From: Paraspadella gotoi
Taxonomy: Eukaryota; Animalia; Chaetognatha
NCBI GenBank assembly: GCA_051294375.1
Contig: CM119266.1
Coordinates: forward strand, 24,168,411-24,232,410
DNA: 64,000 nucleotides
Direction of reading: 5' to 3'
Shown here one piece after another: positions 1-13,540 of the stretch (its first letter is position 1; every line of letters begins with the position of its first letter). Position numbers and translations under genes: made by a program. Below the pieces are notes generated by a model. The model made no database searches and was not told the DNA's origin. It saw only the letters and a list, made by a program, of their open reading frames with translations.

Positions 1-388
1 TATTAGATTTTGGGTGCATACTGAGAAGGTAACAGAGAGAAAGAGAGATAGACAGACAGACAGACACAGATAAGCGAAATTGGGCAGAGCCTTTATTTTT
101 TCTCTTCCTCTTTTGAGACTGGAAGCGGCTCGAATCAAGGCTTTCATGTTCGCCGACTGACGAGGTCTACAGTAAATCACGAGCTCTCTCTCTCGCTCTC
201 TCTCTCGCTCTCTCTCGTTCTCTCCTCGATCGTCGATCATCGTCACGTCGTCTGCTTCGCAATGACGCTCGCTCATTGGACAATTTCTTTACGTCGCTCG
301 TAGATAATTGGACGCAACTCGAGGACACTGCGTGAGTGAACGACGTTCTCAAAACCAATAATTCGCCGGTTTTTTAACACAGAGAGAG

Positions 389-462
<74 letters not shown>

Positions 463-1105
463 GAGAGAGAGAGATTTATCCGTTCTCTCCTCGGTCGACT
501 CCATCGGTTACACAGTCTCTTTACGTCGGGGAGAGATGAGAGGACGCCGACGAGACGGAGACGACAGAGAGCGAGTGATTCTTCAACGCGCTCGAAAAAT
601 AACGCGGGTTTTTCTCGTTCCTCCTTTCGACTCTGTCTCTGTCTTGTTCGCTGGCTTCTTCTGAATCCTCTCGCACTCTCCGCTTCGAAAAGGTGCGGGC
701 GAAAATTAACGGACGGCCAGTTTGAGGGAGGGAAGGTTGGAAGGGAGGTAAGGGCCGAAGGAGTAAGGGATACCGAGAGGTCGGTCTCGCCCCCCCCCTC
801 CCTCCCTCTCGAGGGTCTCATTCTCAAGAAAAAAGGGTGGAAATGGATCAGGAAATGGATGAGGTGGCTCCGACGTCGTCATCGATTTGTAGACAAGATT
901 TCGCTCCGACGATTTTCCGATTTATGTTTCGATTTCATGGGAACGAACCAGGACCGGGAACGAGGATTTTCCTCTTAGGATCGATATTTCAAAATAAATT
1001 ACTCCGTTAATAAAAACGAAACGGGTCTCTAATATTGATTAACCAATTAATCGCCGTTCTTTTTCTCTCTCGGACCGCAAACGCATTCTCTCACGTCCCG
1101 ATGAT

Positions 1106-1217
<112 letters not shown>

Positions 1218-1788
1218 CAATATCTTATTTCTCTTCGTTTTAACTTATGACTTCTTTCCTTGTTTGACTTCGTGCGGAGATTTATTCCCTTTCTTCTCCT
1301 TTTGTTTTTCTTCTTCTCTCTTCGGCGGGATCCCTTCCCTCATTCCCCTTTTTTTTCTTTTTTCGTTCCTAATCCATTTTATCCCTTTTCTTTTTTCTTT
1401 TTTTTTTAAGAAAAAAAAACCGTGAAACTTTCCCTTTCGTCGACTGAGAAGAAAAAAGAAAAACAAAAGAAAGAGAATAAAAAAGAGAAAGACTTTCTTT
1501 TTTCAAGAGGTCGAAACGAGAACAGAGGGCCAAACAAAGGATTTCTTCTCGTTCGCCCTCGTAGTGTTCTTTTGTTTCAGTTTCAACGTCTTTTCTTCGA
1601 AATCCAGGCATTGTTTTTTTTTCTTTAAAAAAAAAGATGAAAAAAAGAGGAGATTGTTTTCTCAGAGACTAAAGTCCGTTCGCTCGATTTGCTCATGCGT
1701 CGCCATCCGAGTTTCAAAACTGAATTTTGAAAAATGTCTTAATCGCGGGTTTAACTAAACTTAAAAAAGAGAATTAAAAAAGTTTATG

Positions 1789-1866
<78 letters not shown>

Positions 1867-2443
1867 AGCCGTGGTCGTTTAACCGCGTATCCCAAGCGAG
1901 AAGTCATTTGACTCGAAAAATCAAGTACGGACAGAATTATGGATAATTAAGAGAAAGGAAGAAGAGCAAATATCCAATCGTAAATCGACTTAGGATCGAT
2001 TCAACTAATGACGGGTTGCCAGTTGGCCACTCTCCGCCCTTTCTCCCCCTCCCCCATCCACCCTCCACCCTTTTAAAAATAAAAAAGTTGCTAACAGTTC
2101 TAAGATGCTTTTGATTTTTTAATTGTTTTCTAAAACAAAAAAGTTCAATTTCCTTTGACATTAATTTTCTCAGGGCGAATTCAGGCAGTAACGAAAAGGA
2201 CGCTACCAGTTAAATCAGTTTAAAAGCACAGTAAGAACACCAGAAATACGTAGATTTTCTATCAAATAATTTTTGTTTCCCTAAAATATACATACATCGA
2301 AAAGTCATCAACCTTGAACCACATGTCTGGTCCTTGGCGGGACCCAGATCTTTCAAAATTACTAAAAGACGAGCAGAAAAGGCGATGGTTTTATGAGTTC
2401 CTTCTCATTTAATTGGTCTCAGTGACGCAGTCTTCTTTGGAAG

Positions 2444-2474
<31 letters not shown>

Positions 2475-2645
2475 GGTATTTTTATTACCCAGTTTTGTTT
2501 ATGGCTCAAGTTTTCGTTCATCGATTTAAACATTGAATTATGCATTCAAAGAAGTATAATGTAAGTAATGAACCGATTGCTCGCGCTCAGAACGAGTTCA
2601 CGGAACGAGATATTTGACCTATATGTTCAAAAGCGGAATTCGTTG

Positions 2646-2738
<93 letters not shown>

Positions 2739-2960
2739 TCTAAAAGAACTTAAGAAACCTATTAAAAGAAGGGGGATCAGCTGTTTTCCACTTCGAATTC
2801 AAATTAAAAACTGTTCTCGACTCCCGCGATTTTCCTGCTCATTTGCATATTTTGTCGTCCTTGCCAGATTCTCCTTTCCCCGCCTTTTACGAGCCTTACT
2901 TTTATCGTTCGCTCTGCGATCTTTACGATCCCTTGATTTTTCTTTCTTTTAGCTTTACTA

Positions 2961-2994
<34 letters not shown>

Positions 2995-3152
2995 CAAAGA
3001 CATTTTTCTTTCCACATTCATCAACGATTTTTCTATTTTCTTTTTTTTAATTTTTCCCTTTGTTTCTCTTTGGTCGGCAATTAAATGAACGTTTTTCCCC
3101 TCAGCAGCGAAACCCATTTCAATTTTTTTTCCCAACGAATTTATGGCACTGA

Positions 3153-3199
3153 GCCGACCATTGTGCCGACCATAGTGCCGACCATTGTGCCGACCATAT
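3153..3199. repeat. 12-bp tandem repeat GCCGACCAT(T/A)GT, about 4 copies
   Basis: gccgaccattgt gccgaccatagt gccgaccattgt gccgaccatat, with no spacers. Confidence 0.95.
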
Positions 3200-3787
3200 G
3201 CGACTCACGTCTCGGGGGCAGGGAGAGACGAGATGGGTAAGGCAGATAAGGAGGTGGGGTGAGTAGAGAAGAGAAAAATCCCATGAGACAAAACAAAATC
3301 ATTTTAGGAAAGTTAAAAGGTTGAACAATAAAAAACTAAAGATGCAGATTAAATTGTAAGATAGTTTATCACAAAAGGCAATTAGAACTTTTTAGTTTGA
3401 TTAGTAAAACCAACGTGAAATTAACTATGTCATCCTTTCCTCTCCTTCAATCTGCCTCCTTTCCTTTTTTTTTACAGAATAAACATTTATCCCCTCATCG
3501 TAGAGGGCGATTCGTCATCCGAACCCATATCATACACCAGCAGCTGTCCATAATTCTTTTCAACATTTTCTTTCTTTGATGGGTCGCCGCTTCCGGTGGA
3601 GATTGATGGGGGCGCCGCCGAGAGGGGGGGCGTGGAGGAAAGAAGGGAGGAAAGGAGGAAGGAAAGGAAAGGAAAAGAAAAAAATGGAACAAAAAGAATA
3701 ATATTGAAAAAAATAAAAGAAGGGGAAAAAATCAGAATAAAAATGTTAGAAAGAAGAAATGGAACAAATGTGCTGGAAGGAAAGCAA

Positions 3788-3866
<79 letters not shown>

Positions 3867-3871
3867 AGAGG

Positions 3872-3951
<80 letters not shown>

Positions 3952-4427
3952 AGAAGCCAGACGCTTTCTTTCACAGTCCATCGGGAGAAAATGGCGTGTC
4001 TAAAGAGCGACCTTTCTCTTGGCCCATAGAAAATACCTTTTGTGGTGAGCGATACGGAGGCGTCGGACGAATCATAAAGGCGCTCGTGGAAAAACGCGGA
4101 GGCGTGAGACTGTGTCGAGGAAAAGGTGAGGTCGTCTCGCGAGATCGATGGGCGGGACGAGTTGGAATTATGCAGGGTGAGTGAGGGTTAAGATGAAAAG
4201 AAAGAAAAAGATAGTCGAGTGAAAGAATGAAAAAGTGAATAGAGACGATTGGATTGTGAAGAGAAGGAGAATGAGAAATGAGGTAAGTTGAAAAAAGGTG
4301 AGGAGAGCGAAACGAAAGTCGCTTCTTGGCCTTTAAGTTAAAGAGTTAAGTTTCTTTTCACGTGAAACGTTTAAAGAAAGCAACATTTGCTGGAAAAAAA
4401 TCGTCCATCAGCACTTCTTGGCTCTCT

Positions 4428-4497
<70 letters not shown>

Positions 4498-6309
4498 CTT
4501 TGCAGTTCCTTTCACCAGCAAAGAAAAAGGAACGGAGATTCCATTAATTCAGATTCTTGGAAGACTTTGGCCGAGTGCCCGGCATAATCGTTTCCTTCGA
4601 AACTTGGCGCGTTTTCTAATGCGCGCGCGCGTGCACGCAGAAAAAAAATAAACGTGCATTTCGACGTGTGGCAATGTGTGACGTGTGGAATTACATCATT
4701 TTAAAAAATAGTGAGTGCAAGCGATAGTTTGTATTTATTTACTTTCTTTCGCCGCTCTTCATTTTCTTTTATAACTACGTACATCTTTCCTTTTTCTTCT
4801 CGTATCATCATTCGCCTTCATTTTAGTTGTTTACCTCTTTTCTTTCTCTTTCTCTCTCTTTCCCTCCATCCCCTTTTTTCATCCCTCTCTCGCTCGCGTG
4901 CTCCTCGTTCGGCGGCGGTCGCCAACCAACTCGCCCACTTTTCCCTCGAGTGAAAAATGTAGCGGGAAATGTAGACCAAAAACCCGTTGGGCGTCGCTGC
5001 CAATCGGTTCCGCTCGGCGCGTCGCGGTTCTCCACGCTGCCACGACGCCATTTTTATAATAGGTTTTCTTTCAGTGCAACTGAAAGCTGCATTTCTCTCT
5101 ACAATCAGGTGCAATCTATGATGAAACGAAATTTGGATGAAGGCATATGTAATAAAGTGGAAACAAGTGAATCTATTTTTAAGCCAGACCACTTTCGTCT
5201 CTCGGGCTTAGTCTTTTAAAACATCAAACTCAAAATCTCTTATGATCCAATCAATCCAATTTACTCGATATCTCTTTTCCGCAACTTCTTGGCGCATGCG
5301 CATTCCGTAACCAAAGTCCCGCTGACCCCTATTCCCGATTAGATGAGTGGCACCGCCCGCTTCGACGTAACGAGAAGTTATCGTATGATTGCGTTCGCTC
5401 TGTAGTTCGCACAGGGAGGATTTTGAAAATTGTTCGCTAAAGTGACTTTAGTCAGGGTATAAGTACAATTGGAATTCGTTCCTCCGAAATTATCACAATT
5501 ATCATCGTGAACATTCTTCCCTATTTCCATTGAATCGGTTCACTTCCATCCCTTTCTCAGCCATAACCCTTTCGCTACTCCCCACGCCCGACACTAACCC
5601 CCCTCCCGATCCCTCGGGAATCCCTCCCCCTTCGTCGTCTTCGACGGAATCTGGGTGAAAGGGCAAAGCGAACTTCGTTCCTTCACTGTCCGCCCGCCGA
5701 CCCCGCCAACTCCGCCACCTCCTTCGCCAACCCCTCCCATCCCGACCTCCACCCCCTTTTGGCCAACCCCTCCCCCCAACAGAGCGGGCATCCCCCGCCG
5801 ACGCTCGTATCCTTCAAAGGAGCGAAAGATGGATGACCGACGCAATCCCCGAAAGCGCAGAGGCGCCCGACGTTTGGTCGCAGCCCAACCCACCGACTTT
5901 GCCCGACATGTCTTTGTCAGGGGACAGGAGTGACTAGGATCGGAGAAATCGTGATGCCTCTAAAAGAGAAGCGGACTCTGATTCGTAAAAGATGTAACTT
6001 AATGTAACATTTTGTCTGCAATAAAGTGAAATGTACTGATTCTACACGCTCGAAAGTTCTTCCATCATTGCCCGACAATTGGCTTACATAATTTGCCCGA
6101 CAGATGGCCGTCAAACCGTCTTTCCGCCCTCTTCCCCAACGTCTTCCCTCGAGGCTTTTTCCCTTTCTTTTCCTTTTTGTTTTTATTTCACGCGATTTCA
6201 AAATGTCGGCGGAGACTTTTTCCAGCGCAAAAACGGCGGAGAAGATTTAACGAAGAAAAAAGTGCCGTGAGCCGTGGCCCCGGGATTAGGGTGGGTGGTG
6301 GAGAGAGAG

Positions 6310-6364
<55 letters not shown>

Positions 6365-7592
6365 CTTGGCCGTTGTTTTCTCCCTCGTTTTTTTTCCGTG
6401 ACAAGGTCGTCGCCGTGATTTAATGACTGCAGTTACCGTCGTCTTTGTCGTCGTTGTTGTCGTCTACGTGGATAAGAAAAGTGTATTGTTTAGCCAAAAA
6501 AACGTGGAATTCGCGTCTTGAATTCTTATGTGTCATGCAAGAAAAAAGCCACCGTCAAAAAGCGACGAGACTAACATTGTAATTACAACTCAAGTCCTCA
6601 AATTACTGATGTTTCGATGCTAATTTGACAACGAAACAACCAACGTTTTCGAAAGAATTCTTTATTATTTTGTTTCCTCGACCACAACCTGATCAAAGTT
6701 TCTCCTTCATTTCTCCAGTTTCTATTTTAAACTCGGTTCAAGGAGGCGCGCGAGAAAAAAAAAACACGGGGAAAGAAAATCGATAGAGAAAAACATCACG
6801 TGATTCTCGGGGCTAAAAATAACTCGCGTTTGGCGACTGGATTCTGGCCGCGTTTTTTTTTTTTTTTTTTTTTTTTTGCTGCTAGGAAAACGAGCACGCC
6901 TGAAGAAGAGTTTGGTCGGGTGTTTGGGCAGTGACGAGGCGCCAAAGGAAATTTGACTTAATATCAATGGTGAATCTAATATCGTAATATCACAAGCTGA
7001 ACGAGCACGATATCGCATGAAAAAAGACAACGCCCAAACGGCGACAGAATTTCGCGCCAATTTCTCGGATTCGCTTCGTCGGCGAAAAATCAACGTCACT
7101 CGGTTCGTTTCCGGCGCCGGAATTGACGCCGGATCTCGAGGCCCGAATGCTGACGCAAACCCAGGGCGTCGGGATTAGCCTACTTTGGCGCCGTTCGCTT
7201 CAGGCGTTAATTTAGCAAAAATCGGTCAAATTCCCGATGACAAAATGGGTCAATTTTTCATAACGACAATATGGAAATTAAACTGAACTTGCTCATTCGA
7301 AGGCAATTACAATTACTAGTTTTCTGGCCTTTGATTAAGCAAAACAATTGAAGAAAAGAAGAAATTCAATGCGTAAAGTTGACTAGAAAAATAAAATTAC
7401 CCAACAAGCTTAGTCAGACTAAAAAAAACATTTTTCTTTGTGTGAGAATTTTGGATTGACACAAGACGTGTTGCAATTTTCATTCTTTCAATCTTCATCG
7501 CCTTCGAAGTCGAGAGAGAGAGAGAAAAAATGGGGACTGGAACGATTATGGGATCGACCTCTTGAGAGTCTGAACGACGCCGTAAAGTTTAA

Positions 7593-7649
<57 letters not shown>

Positions 7650-9575
7650 CCGCGACTTTGAATATCGATATTCCTTTCCGCACATCGTTTTCGACGTCGT
7701 TACCGGCGTTATGGCTTTTCTCCCTCCCACTCCCGGGGCCGATATACTCTTCCCGGCGATGGCTCGAATGAACTTTCGTCTCGCGATTCCCACAAGCTTT
7801 GGCCAAGATGTTTGCCAAGCTTTCGCGCATGCTTGTAAGCCAAGCTTTCTTTCAACTTTTTTTTTTATCCCTTTGTGGCTTTTTCACCAACTATTTTCTG
7901 CGTTTTTTTTTCTTCGGACCCAGCTTTCCGGTCATAAGCGATATATGCCCCTCGTACCTGGCACTCCCGCTTTAAAATTTCTCTTTCCGTTAACGACTTA
8001 GCCGGTTAACCGCGGTTTCTCCATTCCCTGTCCCTTAATGACTCACTGGCTAACGCGTTTATGGTTCGGCTCTACAAGGCCTTTGCCGACCGAGGAGTCT
8101 AGTACAATGTTTTATAACTCTTAGCCAACTAAAACTAAATATTATGTTAGAATTTACGCAAATACCAAACGCACTTTTTTTCTGAATGCTCAAACTTGAG
8201 TTTATTTCCCATATTTGCTTGTTCTGTATAAAGATAATGCTCCTCTAACCTCTGTCTCGTTCTCTCTTCTCTTTCTCTCTTCCCTTTAAGATTCTTCGTC
8301 GCCTTGTCCCCGTTTCAAATCCCCACTTAACATTTTTTTCCTCCTCTCAAAGCTTCTCACTCTCTTTAAATCTTCTCCCCTTCCGAGTTCCTCTCCGATT
8401 CCCACTCCCTCTCTCCTCTTCCCCTTCCCCACTTCCTCTTTCCTCCCACCCCCTCTCTCTCTCGCTTCTCTCCCTTCCCCGGGTTATGGCCGCCAAAACG
8501 CCATCATCGTTGCCGGCGTCGATGGCGCCGCGCTCGTTTGGAAAAAAAGCGTCAACGCCCCATTCCTCGTTTTAACGGTGGGGGGCGAGGAAGGGTCGAG
8601 GTGGACTGGGAGGGAGAGGGTCAAGAGACTCAAGGACAAAGGGAAAGGGGGAAAAAAGGGAGTGGAGAGGGAAAAAGGGAGAGGGAAACCCTCCCCAATG
8701 GGTCAAAACAGGGACGGGTAAGGGAAGGGGTCATGACGGTGAAGGTCAGTGAAAAGGAAAGGGAAAAAGGGGACAAAAGGGAGGGAAAAGAAGGGAAGGG
8801 GAGTAACAGAAAAAAACTATCAATAGGGGGAAAATTTTAAAGGAAAGAGGGAAGGTTGAAAAAGGACAAAGGATTTGGAAAGTCCATCAATGAATAGATA
8901 TAATTCAATAGGATTAAGAGGGTATAGCTCCAATCAAGAAAAGTCGAAAGGGTCGGAAAAAAGGGTCAAATACGTAGAAAAAAGAAGGCATATCATTAAC
9001 ACAAGAATGAGTAGGAATATGAGAAAGCATTTTTACGTATTTCTCAAAAGAATAAAAAGTAATAAAACATTCTACGTTGTAGGCACAAAGAAAAAGTAAT
9101 CTTAACTGTGAAAAAAAAGAAAGGATTTTAATGTTAGTTTTCTCGTAATATTTAAACTTGAAGTCGAGGCATTGAAAATACACAGTCGCTATTATTAGAA
9201 CGTCGTTTTTTTTTCGCGCCAAAGATTATCGCTCTTCCTCTTTTTCTTTCACCTTCCTCTCTTCTTCTTCCCTTTCTCTTTTCCTCCTCTGCATTTTCCT
9301 CCCTTCCTACCTCCCTCCTTTCTCCCTGGCTCCCCGTTCCCATCAACGGACCGACGGTGGCGTCCATAAATGGAAAAAAGTCCTTCCCTCGGCCTCAGAA
9401 GACGGGAGCCATAATCCATTTACAAAACGATTTTCACAGGGGGTGGGGGTGGGGGGTGGGGGGTGGGGGTCGGTTTAGAGTAAGGGGTGAGGAATGGAGT
9501 TGGGGTTGAATACTGTGAAGTGTGTGAAGGGAGAGTGGATGTCGGAGAAGGGGCATCATTAATAAGAATAATGAT

Positions 9576-9606
<31 letters not shown>

Positions 9607-9613
9607 GAGAGAG

Positions 9614-9645
<32 letters not shown>

Positions 9646-11340
9646 TGAGAGAAGATGAGAGAAGAGAGAGAGCTAAGAAATATTGAAAAGGTGAGGTCGT
9701 ACCGGACACAGACTAACGACGGGAAAGTGAAAGGAGTAGGCCGGGCAGTCCTGCCTCGGCAGATACGGGCAAAGGAAAAAGAGAAGGAAGGGCGTTGACG
9801 GAGGCCGAGACAAAAGCGAGTGGGCGAGACCGTTGGAGATTGCCGACTCACCGGACAGAACTACCGACGCCGGGGGGAAACGTTAAGGCTGAAAGGAGTG
9901 GGTGGGGTCAATGGCGAGGCCGAATGCAAAAAGGGTGAAAGCGGAGGGGAGATGAGTAAGGAAATCGTGAGTGTGTTAGAGACGAGGCAAGAGACAAGAG
10001 AAAAAGTTGGTGAGATTCCGGTGAGCCTGAGGAAGAAATGCGACAAAAAAGAATGAATGAAACTCAGTTTTTTTGCCAACGAAACACATAAAAAGACAAG
10101 ATGCAAATAGAACAGAGCGAATATGAGGGGGAAAAATGGGTATGACGGGTAAGGCGAGTCAAGTAAAGCAACCGCAAACGATCGCGGGTGAGGCAGCGGT
10201 GAGTCTCCTTATGTCGCGAGTCGCGACCACGAGCGTCGAGGGAGCATTGGAGGCGTCGGTCGTCGTTCGAAGGCTGAAGGGAATTCATGGTGCGAAACGA
10301 ACTTGAACGACTGCGAAGAAAACGGGAAATCTATGGTGTTTCGTGGAATTTGACTAATGGATTGGTCATTTGTATTTATCAGCCTCATTTTAATCATCAT
10401 TTGCATGTTATTTTTTATGTAAAAAAAAAATACTTTAAATTACTTATTTATCATTATACGCCGATGATGACGGTTCATTGATATCAGCGCATTTCCATGT
10501 GATCTGAAATTTGTACACGATATGGCAAATAATAAAAACAAGTATTAACTAAGATGATTAAGGAGAATTTAAACATAGTAAGTGGAACCGACGGACGGTC
10601 GGATAGCTTGAGAGACAGAAAAACAGACGGCCAAGGAGACAGACTAATAAAAAGACAGAAAGACATGTAAATAGAGAGAGAGCCGGAACAAGTGACTGAC
10701 CGAATGCAATACAGAAAATTTTTAAACGAGCACTCGCAGGCTAAAAAAAAACTAAAAAAAAAACCCCACAAAGCCATGAATTCTTCCGAATGGCTGAGAG
10801 CGAGAGAAAAGGAGAAGACGCAGAAGGTGAAAGAAAAAGTCGGAAGAATAAATTCTTTTCTGGGACATTGAATTTCACCGCTTCATTAAGGGGGGGCGAA
10901 GGGGGGGAATTAGGGGAGGAAAGAGGAGAGGGAGGAAGGGGTAGTAGAGGAAAAGTAGAGGAGAGGAGAAAAATAGTAGTCGCTTCAATGTTTCAGAGAA
11001 AAAAAAAGGAGGAAAAAAAAAGAAAAAGAAAAAGGATGCAAATGTGCAATTGGACGATTTCTTTCATTTTTTTTCTTTTTTTTTCTTATTCTTTCCCATT
11101 TCGCGACTCAACGACCTGAAAAAAACCATTACAATTTCGAGGAACGACTATTTCTCTCTCTTTCACGCTCTCACACTCTCTGTCTGTTTCTCTCTACCTC
11201 CTCTCTCTTTCTCTTCGTTGTCCCTCCCCTACTAATTCTATTCACTCAACCCCTTCCAAATTCATTTCCTCACATTATCGTTCCTCGACAGAGTAATTTC
11301 CCCGAGTTTTTTACGACTCTAAGAAGGAAAAGCGATATGA

Positions 11341-11458
<118 letters not shown>

Positions 11459-12136
11459 AAGGGGTGGTGTGAGCAGAAAAAAGCGATGATTACTTTTTTC
11501 CCGCTCCTCATGGCGACTCGCTCTCTCTCTATCTTTAATTTCTTTTTCTTTTTCTTCTTTCTTTCTCTCTCTGTCTCTCAAAAAAGGCAAAAAATGTGTC
11601 TTCCTTCATTTCGTCTCCTTGTCTCTTCTTCAGTTCGTCAACTGCGACGATTTTTGAAAAATTCGCCCCGACGATATTTAAGGATCAAACTTTTTTTTTC
11701 AGAGTCGAACTCATAAAACATCGTTATAACTACTAAAGTCAAAATTTATTTTACAAAACTTCCGGGCATTTTTGTACGTACTAACTGATATGCAATGCAA
11801 TAAATAAACTAAGAAATGAAGTAAAAATTTTGAAAACAAACAAAATCCACCATTATCTTCCATAAGGTAAGTCTTTCTGGGAATTTCACCATAATTTTGT
11901 CTCTTATACAAGAGTATTCATCTTTTTTTACGCCAAGCGCTCGAAAGTCACAATGCAAGTTAAAAATATCGCAGTGACAGCAAAGAAATCAATTGAACTC
12001 TTTTGTTCCCGAACAAATTAATGGAATCCGAGTTCATAACCATTATCTTACGAAATACATTATTTTTCAATAACCATTAGTTTCTCCTTGCTTCCTCGAC
12101 GACGGCTCAAAGTATGTGTCCATCCGATGGTAACAG

Positions 12137-12192
<56 letters not shown>

Positions 12193-12858
12193 AGACAGAG
12201 AGCGGCAATCCGCAGCGTCAGGGAGTGAGAGCGGGAAGCTGCTGAGCCTCCTCAGCCTCCGCACCCCGACGCGGCGACGAGCGAAAAATTCCGAAAGCAG
12301 CGCCTGCAGCAGGATGACGACTGCAGCTGCGTCAGTTTTGCCGCTTTTGGACTTTTTCTGAGGAACTTGATTTTCAGTGAGTGAATGTGGCACAATAATA
12401 GTAATTTAATTCGGAGAGGAGATCGCTTTTCAAATCTTAAGGCGATGTATTCTCGAATAGTAAGGATGACCTCTCATATTACTAATTCGAACTATTAAAC
12501 AAAGGCACCAGCTAATTAATGCAAACAACGATCAAAACTTTTTTATGATCGCAAGCTGCAATAAATATCGCATCACACTCTCCAAAGAAGAGGCTCGGAT
12601 TCCGGAACCTCTTGCCGTCGTTCGCGATCTCTAACGGACTGACGGACTGACGTATCTCTATATATAATTACTGGAGCCGGCCGCTAAAAGAAAAAAAAGT
12701 TGGACAATTTTAGAATTCCAATTAAAACAGTTTGATGTCTCCGGGAGACAAAGTCGTTCATCACCAGAAAAGAACGATTCTTGTCTTTGCCGAACGTTGA
12801 TGAAACTTATTGTATTCTTTACGATCGATTGATAACAGAGGGGAGGGATTTGGGAGGG

Positions 12859-12915
<57 letters not shown>

Positions 12916-13178
12916 AGAGAAGAGAAGAGATGATTTCTTTCAACTGGTTCCGTTAGAATCAGCAAAGTGTTTGAAAAAACGGCTGGAGATAATTTATTCT
13001 CTAAGTTTAAAGCAGTCTCACTAAAGAAACAAAAATTGCGTTATTTTGGTTAAAATGATTCAACATAAATATTTCAATCATAAAAAAAATCTTGTTAACA
13101 CTCAAAACCTTTATTAACTCAACCTTGCACACTTCAACTGCTCTTTTTCTGTAGTTAAATTTCAATTTGCCCTTTTTT

Positions 13179-13273
<95 letters not shown>

Positions 13274-13513
13274 GCTTTTTATTACGAAAGGCTGGTTAGG
13301 CTCTCTCTATCCAACGACATGTTTACGACTCTCCCCGTTAAAATATCTCACTGCGATTTATAGTCTTTCAATGGGGGAAAGAGATTCATCGATTTTTCCC
13401 CGAAAACCGATCATCGCCCGGAAAAAGTATCAGTCAAAAGTCGCAAATGTATAAAAAAGGAAAAACGCGCGATTAAAGTATAAATGAAAAAAAAATGAGG
13501 ATTCGCCGCTTCG

Positions 13514-13540
13514 CAGACACCTGCTGGTCCTGCTGTGCAC
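13514..13540 (-). promoter_or_regulatory. Candidate CTCF site in the presumed Hox intron
   Basis: The minus strand reads GTGCACAGCAGGA-CCAGCAGGTGTC-TG, 11/12 identical to the core CCAGCAGGTGGC, with TGCA just upstream. Confidence 0.35.

Noticed and set aside
3153-3199. Short repeat array as a possible CRISPR
   Set aside because: The 12-bp units have no spacers, the context is eukaryotic, and there are no cas genes.
8060-8091. TTCGGCTCTACAAGG resembles the reverse complement of miR-10/miR-100, with a short stem GGTTCGGC...GCCGACC
   Set aside because: The seed is mismatched and the stem is far too short for a pre-miRNA.
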